A DNA stretch of 64,000 nucleotides from the human T2T-CHM13v2.0 reference genome, Homo sapiens. Shown here one piece after another: positions 53,783 to 64,000 of this stretch. Made by a program: the position numbers and the translations under genes. Where the stretch lies: assembly GCF_009914755.1 (NCBI RefSeq), contig NC_060929.1; one strand, 5' to 3'. Below the pieces are notes generated by a model that saw only the letters and a list, made by a program, of their open reading frames with translations, was not told where the DNA came from and did no database searches. Each line of letters opens with the position of its first letter. Within the stretch, counting starts at the first letter, position 1.

Positions 53783-53803
53783 TCTCTCTCTCTCTCTCTC
53801 TCT
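53783..53803. repeat. (TC)n microsatellite
   Basis: tctctctctctctctctctct directly beside the Alu 5' end. Confidence 0.9.
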
Positions 53804-54974
53804 AAACAATTGATTGGACACCACACTGTCTGTGGATCCAGAAACAGAAGGGTGAGCTGATATGGAAGAAAACAGAGTCCCTGTTGTTTACTCTATAAAA
53901 ACCATTCTCCTTGAAAGATGCCAATCACAACAGTATCAAGATCTGCTCAGAACCAAATAAAACACAGAAAGCTCAGGGGGTCAGCAGAGGGATGAGGACA
54001 GTGAGACTTACCAACTTTACTGAGATGAAGTCAGAAGAAAAACAATTCCTTATATCTCTGCATTGTGCAAGCTACATGCTACTCACTGTTTTCCTTCACA
54101 GCTTTCTGTGGAGACAAGATTTCCTTTTACGTCTGCCAAACATATGCCCTGTACCTATGTTGTGATCCCATTCATTCCAGCCTCTGCTCAGCTGCTGTTC
54201 CATTAGTTAATATTTTCTCTTCTGTGCCTCTTCTCTCCTTTCCTCTTGGCTCACCCCCCAAAAATAAGCAGGTAAATCTGGCTGTCTCTGTATATCTGTG
54301 TGTTTGGGGTGTATAAAACTCCACCTGCCACTGTTGGGTTTCAGGGCAGAGAGCAGAGCTAGTCAGAGCAGCATGCTTCATCTCCCTTTCAAACCTGCTC
54401 ACCCAGGACCAGGGCAGGACAAATGTATCAGACAGACGAAGTTGGCCTTCAGGCCCCCTTATCCACTGCTCCTTACTCTGGTATCACCCTCTACCCCCAC
54501 GCCTTTGGTTTTACCATCTACTTAACTAATTCTCTGTGACTCTAAGATTTGCCATGTTAATAGCCTCTTCAGACTCCAATGCACAGTTTCCAAGAAGCCA
54601 AAAAAGTGGCGGAGGGAAATAAGAAATATAATGCAGTATTTCAGGAACCACCACCAAATAAGAAGAAACATCTGAAAGGAAAAAAAACTTCCTTGGCATG
54701 CTGAAACCCAAATGGAAAAGACTGTCTCCCCATAAGGCCAGCTTTGCTTCCCATAGTGTCTGAGGTGTACTGCAAACAGCAGGAGTTGAAGATGGTCAGT
54801 GAAGACCCACCAATGACATAAGTCACACAGGGCACTCTGTCATTATCTCAGGGAAGGGGAGGCCAACCATTATGTCTGAGGACAGAGTCACCAAGGAGCA
54901 TCTTCCTTAGGATTCTCACTCTGTAAAGCAAAGATAATGAGAACAAGTGACTGCTCAAACGTCCAACGTGGGAA

Positions 54975-55145
54975 AACTGGAAGATTGTTTAGTCCAACCT
55001 CCTCAGTTTACACAAGAAGAAAAGGAGATGTAGGAAAAACTTGCTCAAAGGTCACGTAACATGACGCAGGCAGAGCTGGGGTTAGAACCTCTGTTTCTTG
55101 AGTCATCATCCCAGTGCAGCCTGCTCCCACAGCACGCTGCCTCCC
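54975..55145 (-). mobile_element. MIR-family SINE
   Basis: tagtccaacctcctcagtttacacaagaagaaa...acttgctcaaaggtcac...ggcagagctggggttagaacc. Confidence 0.65.
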
Positions 55146-56102
55146 AACATCTGTTCCTTCACAGAGACATGTGCCTTTATAAATAATTGTTTTTAAAAAG
55201 TTACTCAGGTTACCAGACCTTTTCTGTGATCCTGTGTTCTTGTTATTGGAATCCTAACATCAATCACAAAATTATGTCACACGCTTCCTGAGGAGTGCAT
55301 GGAACTGTTTGTGTAAGTGGTGTGGGGAATTCAGATCAAATATTCAGGGACTCAAAACTGAAGACAAAGACGGCCAATGCTGGAAAACGCATGTGGCTTT
55401 TTCTAAGGGGCTGAGTTCCAAGCATGTGTAATTCCACTCCCTCTACTTCCTACATTCTGATGACTGGAAATCTTGGGGTCAGTCCAAGGTCGACCTACAC
55501 AAAGGGAACTCCCTAGGATAGCCTTAGAAAAACACAGCCCCTGCAACAGGTAAATTTAGGGTACATCATTCCAATAAACTGTCTTGCCTGACAAGGTTCT
55601 CTGTAACAGGTCACACAAAGGATTTATACCTTTTCCTTACTGACTTAAGAGGTAGAGAATTTATCCAGAGGGGTTTCTTAAGGTCCTATTTTAACAATAC
55701 AATCAAAAGTGTTCTATTTGGCCTCACTTTTCCACACATCGTAACTGTTCACAGGAAAATAAAGTCACCCAGTCTTCTGGCTTACAAACCTCAGGCAAAT
55801 TCTACTTCTCACACCACCACCTTTGCAAATGCCATATGTACTAACTGTATTGTAAGAAATATTTACATCAATCTGGCCAAGCCAAAAGGTATTTTCTTCC
55901 ATAACTTTAATTAGCACTGTCTGCGTTTTTTTAAGTTGGTATTGCCTACATTTGATTTCAACTGTTAGAATTCATGTTTCCATTTCTCCCATTCATTTGT
56001 GCTTGGAAAAGGAATACCACCATAATGTGTACTATGATAAACTTTAAGATACAGACAGCTTTTCTGATAGTTGGAAATCTCTTGCAGTGTGATCTCTATA
56101 GC

Positions 56103-56447
56103 CAGGGTGACAAACACGGGACTAAGGGGCCTGGCAGGTAACTAAATGATTCAGGAGGGCAGCAGTAAGTTCACATATAGATCTGGACTGAGGGATAGGG
56201 GCTGTGGCCTCGTGGAGAAGGTACAACCCTTCAAAGCTTCTCATACTTACCCCATTACCACAGTGAGGAAGACTGTTCTAGTTTTGCCAGATCTTCTGAC
56301 TTCTCAAAAAAGGCGATAAATTCAGAGTTTGGGGAAGTCTCAGTTTTTAAAAATGTTAACTCAAGTTCAAAACAAAACAAAATACTGAGCCCAAACATGC
56401 CTATGGGCTGCTGTACTTGGCTGCTGAGTTTCCAGTTTGCTATCTCT
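56103..56447 (+). mobile_element. MER102 hAT-Charlie element
   Basis: cagggtgacaaac...ggggcctggcaggtaactaaatga...ttgccagatcttctgac...ccagtttgctatctc. Confidence 0.75.
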
Positions 56448-56868
56448 CCTCTATAGGAAGTGGGAATGATGCATATTCAACGACGCCTACAAAAATTACT
56501 TCAGATTGTTAGTCTCAGAAACCCACTGGTGGCCTGAGGGGACATGCAAAAAGAAGAGGAACAGGAGCAGAGATGGCAAATTATTAAGGTTTCAAGACCT
56601 TAAAAGAGACAATCAAAGTATTCAGATTCTCAGTAAAATTACCAGATTAAATCAAATAAAACCCCACCCTTTTTCCACAAAAATCAACAGAGAGTCCTGC
56701 TTTCTTTTCACCACAACCCTATTCCTCCATTTATCCCTGACGTCCTGCCAACACCTAACCAGTGGCTAGATCCTGTTTACTTCTTAGTGGAATTATCTTG
56801 ATCAAGCATGTCGGCCCTTCATTCCCATCCCATTATCTTAGTGTAGAGCCTCCCCATTGCCTAGACCA

Positions 56869-57389
56869 CAAGGGTCCCCAGCCCCCGGGCCCACAGATCT
56901 GGTACGAGGCCGCAAAGCAGGAGGTGAGTGGTGGGTGGGCGAGTGAGAGAAGCTTCATCTGTATTTACAGCTGCTCCCCATCACTCACTAACTGAGCTCT
57001 GCCTTCCATCAGATCAGTGGTGGCATTGCATTAGATCTTCATTAGAGCATGAACTCTATTGTAAACTGAGCACGTGAGGGATCTAGGTTGCAAGCTCCCT
57101 GTGAGAATCTAATGCCTTATGATCTGTCGCTGTCTGCCATCACCCCCAGATGGGACAGTCTAGTTGCAGGAAAACAAGCTCAGGATTCCCATTGATTCTG
57201 TATTACAGTGAGTTGTGTAATTATTTCATTATATATTACAATGTAATAATAATAGAAATAAAGGGCACAATAAATGTAATGCACTTGAATCATCCTGAAA
57301 CAATCCCCTACCCACTCCACCACCCAGGTCCATGGAAAAATTGTCTTCCAGGAAACTGGTCCCTGGTGCCAAAAGATTAGGGACTGCTG
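56869..57389 (+). mobile_element. MER1A hAT-Charlie element
   Basis: caagggtccccagcccccggg...gcaggaggtgag...gagaatctaatgcc...tggaaaaattgtcttcca...ggactgctg; ctagac on both flanks (target duplication). Confidence 0.92.
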
Positions 57390-57859
57390 GTCTAGACCAC
57401 TGTAGTTGCTATGGCACCCCCAGACTCCAGTTTCTATCTCCTCCCACCTCACTCCAAACCTAGTCCATACTATAACACAACAACCAAAATGATTTTTCTT
57501 AAATGTATATGTCATAACCTCTCTGCAAATATGCAGGAAACTGCTAAGAGCATTTGCTTCTTGCAAGGGAACTGGCGAACATGGAGAGTGGGTTCAAGAA
57601 AGCCTTATTTTCCCCTGCATGCCCTTCTGTACTTCTTGAATTTTTATTATGTGAGAATTAATTTCTCAAAAATGTAATTTTAAAATATGTAATACCCCAG
57701 GGCTTCTAGATTAAGAAGCAAGACATCTCCCTACCCCAACCCACTGGGGCACATAAATGGACTAAAGATTCGTATAGGTCAGATGAGAGCATACTGAGAA
57801 GTAAACCACAGCAGAGCTTGGGACACATGCAGGTGGAAGGCAAGAATGGAGGTGGAAGT

Positions 57860-59280
57860 TGGCAGCATCTGAGATTAGACGTACAGAAACTGAAAGGAGG
57901 GTACATCTGCAAAACTGCCTGCAGGATGGTAGCTTAGCATGGCCTCCTTTTCACCAGCCTATCAGGGTGGTGGCACGGTTGGCCCCTAGTCTGAAGTCAA
58001 ACATCTACCTACTCTCCAAAGGGAGCAAGTGATCTGCCAGGAGGGACTTGCAGACCCTGGTGGGGATCTCTCCTCTGGCATTGTGGGAACCTCTCCCCAT
58101 CCTGCTTGCTTCACCTTGACACACCCTAAAGTGAAACCTGCTCTTTGACATACTATGCCCTCAATTTCAGAGCTCACAACCCATACTCCTAGTGAAAGAA
58201 AAGGCCAACAGGGGCAGCAGATGAGCACAAGGAGGAGGGAAGCTAAGTCAGCTGCTACACATCCTTCAGGCATCCATATGGATAGGTAAGCAAGGATGAC
58301 TACATATGAAGAAAGCTGGGGAAAAAAGATAAATACGGAAAAAATGAAACCGATCCCAGAGAAGACAGAGATCATAACTCATGGAGCTAAAGCAGAAGAG
58401 AATTTTAGGGGGAAAAACATCTGAGTGTGGTCAAAGATATTAGAAAACACAAAATACATATATAAAACAAAAACATCCATATAGAAAAGATTGCATATTG
58501 AAGTTAAAAATTCATTAGAAAGGATGAAATGATAAAAGAATGATGAAATCCCCAGAAAACTGGGTGAGTGGAAGGAGGAAAACAAAAAAGTTTGGTAGGA
58601 CAATTTAAGAGTAAATCCAGGAAGCCTAACATCAATCTACTGAACCCAAGTCTTCAGATTGGAAGAGCCCACAGGTGCTGAGCAGAATAAAGGAAAAAAG
58701 ATTCTCATAAAATGTCACAATATCTTGATAATGAGAAAACAGAGTCTCCAAAGAAAGGTCCATCAAAGGTACGAGGGTCAGTAGCATTGATTGGTAGAGA
58801 GAAATTCTTTCAAATGCTAAGGGAAGATTATTTTAAACTCAGAATTTCATATCCAGCCAAATTACCAATTAAGCATGAGGACGGATAAGCAGAGGCTCAA
58901 AGTATACTTGCCATGTACTGTTTCTGAAAACTTACTTTATAATATACTCCAGGAAAATTAAAAATATGTCTAAGAAAAAGGAAAATAGAGTCCAAGAAAA
59001 GTAGAATTAAGCCAAGAATAAAAGGAAAATAAATGTCAGCTGTTCAGCAAGTCCTGAAAGCAGTTAGTTCATAACGCATTCAAAAAGTTTGTATAATCAA
59101 GAAAATAAATTATAGTTTTGAGAGAATGAAGACAAATATTACTTCTGTAAATGAGAAAACAGGCAATTACAAAGTCCAGTAAGAACAAGGCTATATAAGA
59201 ACATCACAGCCCATACGTAAAGCAAACAAAAGTATGCCATGATCCTAAGCCACTAACCAAATGTAAAGAGAATTTGACCT
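57860..59280 (+). mobile_element. Ancient L1M 5'/ORF1 relic
   Basis: Very A-rich; tcttcagattggaagagcccacaggtgctgagcagaataaa, ctttcaaatgctaagggaagatta, agaatttcatatccagccaaatta resemble L1 ORF1. Confidence 0.7.
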
Positions 59281-59542
59281 AGATGCCCAGAACACCTCTG
59301 TTCAAGTGGCCTATGCTTGGTTAATAACCTAGGATTCCATCTTTATGGTGCATTTATATTTTTGATACCACTTTGAGGGAGTGGTATTGGAGCCTCTGGA
59401 TCCAACCAACAAAAGCAAACCATCTCCTTGGATTTTCCCAATCTAAGAGTGTGAAAGACACTGTTAGTTCCCTGAGTAAACCTCCATTTCCAACCCTTCT
59501 CCCTTGCCTGCCTCTAAGATGTACCTTAAAAACATAAGAGTG

Positions 59543-59829
<287 letters not shown>

Positions 59830-60924
59830 TAAGAGCTATTATTCCCCCACCCCTTTTGCAATCTGATCACAGTGAGAGCCGACATGTGAGCCAAAGTCCT
59901 CGAGGAGGTTTCCTTTATAAATAAAAAGGCCAAGTCTTGCTAAGAAGAAAGTTTTGCAATTTTTCCTTCCCTGTTTTTCCTATGAAAGCCACATATTAAG
60001 AATGATTGGACAGAAGGGTAAAAGGTCCAAAATGAATTCCATGAGTGCCTGTAGCAGCCTTTGGGATCAGAAAACTAACCCCCATATCTACTTAAGACTT
60101 CGGTTGCATATTTTTTTGTTGTTGATGGGGAACACATTCCTTAACTGAAACAAGGAATTGGTTTCCTATTCTGAATGAAGCCCAGTTTGATTTGGGTTTC
60201 TGTCATCTGCAAGTGAGAAAGATCTAACTAATATATATCTCCTTCTTTACACTCTGCTCCAGAGGAGAAATATTAATAGCCTGTCAAAGACCAAATCTTT
60301 TACCTTCAGCCTTAGGAGGAATATGCTGGGTAGGTTTCCCACAGAGCTTTCACTTAAATATTTACGTGGCCCCAACCACAGGCTAATCCCTGTGGTTACG
60401 TGGGACACTAGGCTAAACAAGCCACCACATTTGCCCTCCTGGACCCCAGTAAAACAAGGGCAGAGAGTTTACAAATGCATAAAATGCTGCTTGGAGTGTA
60501 GGACTACGTTATGCAAGCACAGCAAAGGGAGTAATTTAGATCCATCTGGTAGTATTTCCAAACCTAGCAAATCCTAAAATCCAAAAGCGCTTATTTGATC
60601 TGATTCAGCCACATCAACATTTTTATCCACCAACAAACTCTTATTCACTGAACAATGGCACAGATGAGCCAAAATAATATTTGCTTTGAATGCATTTATA
60701 TTTTAAATTGGGTGTGTCCCTTGTTCCGAGAATTCACCACACCCCAAACAAATTGAATCCAAATGGAAGGTTCTAATTCAGAAGAAACCAGCACATAGTT
60801 TAGCTGCACCAACCCTATCTCTTTAGTAGAGTGATTCCTGGTTCTGTTTCTATCCAAGAGGAGAGGTAGGTAACACCACTACTCTAACTGAATTGAAGCC
60901 TATCCTCATCCCAGCACTGCTTAT

Positions 60925-62790
60925 TTCATTCATTGAACAATATTAAATGAGTATCTACTATATCAGATACTCTGCCAGGTGTTGTGGATATGCCAGAAAA
61001 AAGAAAATACCTGCCCTCAAAGGGCTTATGTCTACTGGGGCCAGCAGGCATAAGTAGAGGGTTCAGACAGGAAAGAGTCACCAAGCTATTACAACATATT
61101 ATACTGAGTTTTAGAAAAAATAAAACATAGCTGGAGTGGATTCTCTAAACAGAGGGAACAGTGTATGCAAAGGTCTAGAAGCAAGATAAAACATGGCATA
61201 TTCAAGAAACGTCAAGTTCAATAAACTTGCCTACCTATATATTAGGTAGACAGCTGTAGCATTTACTTGAAATGTGTATGTTTGATGAGGAATATAATGA
61301 GTCCACTTCTGGACATGTTGACCTTGGGAAGCCTGAGAGACATCCAAACTTAAGAGCTATCTGGCCGCTGCAGACACTGCTACCTACCTGCCAACCTGAT
61401 ACAGATACTTGGCATAGCCTCAAATCTGAGAAGAGTCACTGTGGCCTTCAAACCTGGGTTAATGCCAATTTTTGCTTTATTTCCACACCATATCAGATTT
61501 TTGCTTACTCTGCAGAAAGTGCTAGTAAAGCAAAACCCATAAACCATTCTGAGGGCCAGATTAAAACTCTCCTTGAGTTCTCCAAGGTGACTAATTTCAA
61601 TTCTTATCTTTATAGGAAAAGAATCTGGCAGGAGGTCTGGATGGTTACTAATCAGTTATCACCCTTCCATTACATCTCGTTGCACCAAGTGGTTGTCACA
61701 AATTTGTCTCCTTTTGTGTTTTCCCCTCTAACTTATCAGTGAAGATTAGCAGAAGTTTGTGGTATTGAAATTTGTAGGCAACTGAGGATTTCTGGGGCTA
61801 AGCGTGTTCATTTTTAAGGTCCATGGGCTTTTGGCATATACTCCAGGTACCACTTCTGGTCATCCTGGCCCAGTCTGGTGTGTGGGTCCAGAGTTCAGGC
61901 TGGTGACAGATTTGGGCATCATTACTAAGGTTGTCATGAGGCTGTGCAAACCTCTAGAGAGTACAAGGAAATCAGGAGAGAGAGGTCAAAGGGAGAACTC
62001 CAAGGAACCCAGGAATAATGGGGCAGACGGAGCAACAGGAGACAGGAAGGAAAAACTAAGAGGACAGAAGGACTCCAGGCAATGAAAGCCAAGGTGAAGA
62101 AGAGGGAGCAATCATTCAACAGAATCTGATCAGGAACAGAGAGTTTAAGTGAGAAAGAGACTGAGAAGCCTATTAAATAAGGGGTCTTTGTTGACCTTGG
62201 AGAGAGAAGTGGGTTGAGAAGGGAAAGAAAACTGAGGACTCAGACAAGAGGTACAGAAAACCCTTCAGAAAGGCTGGCAATAAATAAGCTACGGATAAGA
62301 GGAAGAAAGCAGTAGCTAGGGCCGCGAGTGCACAAATGGATATGCATGGGGGTGTGGGTGCTGGGATGTGGGTGTGTGAAAGAAGAGTTTTAAATACATT
62401 TAAAGGCTGTTGGGAAAACGTCATTAAAGAGGGAAAGCCTGGAGACTATGGAGGAGAAGTGATAATCAATACCACATGTTCCCGAGGGAGGGGAAAGCGT
62501 TCTATCTAGAGCACAGGTATAGAAACCAAACCTCTTCCATTACGGGAGGGAGGACAGATGGATAGATGGTAGCAGTGCAGAAACTTGCAGGTCTGGTGAC
62601 AAGCTGAGGAAGCCACAACTCAATGGCTCTCCATAAAGCAGGAGGCCAGAGCATCTGCTAAAATTGAGAGAAGTGAGCAGAATTGAGAGAAGTTGAATGA
62701 GGGTAGAGAAGATACCAAATAAACATTGTGAATGAGAGAGAGCTTCCCAAGGCAGTTTTTCAGTGAGCACATTGCAAGGGGTCCTGAAAT
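60925..62790 (-). mobile_element. L2 LINE fragments (interrupted by other sequence)
   Basis: ttcattcattgaacaatattaaatgagtatctactat, tgcaaaggtctagaagca, ggacatgttgacc, gatttgggcatcatt, gactgagaagcc. Confidence 0.65.
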
Positions 62791-62982
62791 CAATACTTTT
62801 TAAAGAAAGGAATTAAAAAACCAAAGTACAATGCTTATAGGAAAGACAAACATTGTATATAATAACATTAATATAACATGTGCTTATGTGTATACTGAAT
62901 TGTGATGTAAAAATGTTCTTTCTGTGGGTGGCACTCAACATATTTGAATGCCAACAGACTAGAACAAATAAATCACTTATAA

Positions 62983-63325
62983 CAGGGGGTCCCCAACCCC
63001 TGGTCTATGGACCAGACTGGTACTGGTCTATGGCCTGTTAGGAACCAGAGCACACAGCAGGAGGTGAGCTGCAGTCAGCCAGCATTAACGCCTGGGCTCC
63101 GCCTCCTGTCAGATTAACCACAGTATTAGATTCTCATAGGAGGGGGAACCCTATTGTAAACTGCACTGCAAGGAATCTAGGTTGCATGCTCCTTATGAGA
63201 ATCTAATGCCAGATGATCTGAGGTAGAACAGTTTCATCCCAATACCATCCGCCACCCCTGCCACTGTCTGTGGAAAAATTGTCTTCTGCGAAAGCAGTCC
63301 CTGCCAAAAAGGTTGGGGGTCACTC
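62983..63325 (+). mobile_element. MER1B hAT-Charlie element
   Basis: cagggggtccccaacccc...ggcctgttaggaacc...cagcaggaggtgagc...gagaatctaatgcc...aaaaaggttgggg; imperfect target duplication acttataa/acttagga. Confidence 0.92.
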
Positions 63326-64000
63326 ACTTAGGAGAACTGAGGTGAGGGTGGAAATGATTTTAGTTTGTGGTGGCAGTAACCATCATTATGGCTTATGCTT
63401 TACACCTACCCTAAGTTAGAAGAGGTAATTAAGTTTAAATGCTCCTGTTAAATGCTGTGACTCAAGAAGAACACATAAAATATATAAAGTAATATATCTT
63501 ATCACTTACTTTACTTAATTATGCTAATTAAATCTTTTAAAGTAATTTTACAGTAAATTAACAGGCTATACAAGAACAAGGTCTGTACTACTCCGACCAC
63601 ATAATTATGCTTTTTGCTATCCATTAAAATTCTTACATCAAAAGCTCTTTAAGTGATCTATTTAACTTGTAGATGTGTGTAAAAATGTTAAAAGGTGTTT
63701 TATTTTAAACCCACCCATATTTTTATAATTTACAACAGCAAAATGCAAGACAAAAAACACATAACCCTATTATTGTTAAATACTCTCTCATAACTGAAGG
63801 CAAATCCCTTCTCTTAGAAAGGTACTTCTCCAACTTCTACAGGAACCAAAGTGACTCCATTAGAGAGGAATGCATTTATTTGCCATTCTCAGTCATTTGT
63901 GAGATGCCCCATTGTTACAGATGAATCCCAATTCAAACAGTCAAAAAATGAACATTGCCATATTCCTCATTTTGCCAAATACCAATTATTATTCAGAGAC

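Noticed and set aside
61272-61742. Longest ORF in the track (156 aa)
   Set aside because: Begins in a decayed L2, shows no domain similarity and has no convincing splice sites.

Overview
Primate, most likely human, nuclear genomic DNA with no protein-coding gene I can recognise. It contains 13 Alu elements spanning the J, S and Y age classes. Other repeats are MIR and L2 relics, old L1M fragments, two ancient CR1/L3 relics, a solo LTR8-family ERV1 LTR, MaLR LTRs (MLT1A, MST) and DNA-transposon MITEs (MER102, MER58A, MER1A/B, Tigger3a, a mini-Tigger4a). The supplied ORFs are chance or Alu/L1/L2-derived frames. The window reads like the inside of a very large intron, probably of a minus-strand gene (weak inference), with CpG-retaining unique blocks that look like enhancers (about 6.5-8.8 kb, 22.3-23.3 kb, 41.3-42.5 kb). 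I found no convincing new biological system. The best oddities are a 235-bp local duplication with a hairpin plus micro-tandem junction, further hairpin-marked insertion junctions, a readable CR1 ORF1-esterase/ORF2-endonuclease fossil, and a few minus-strand cryptic exon candidates including a 21-nt in-frame microexon. Repeat family names come from recalled consensus sequences, and boundaries of old repeats are approximate.
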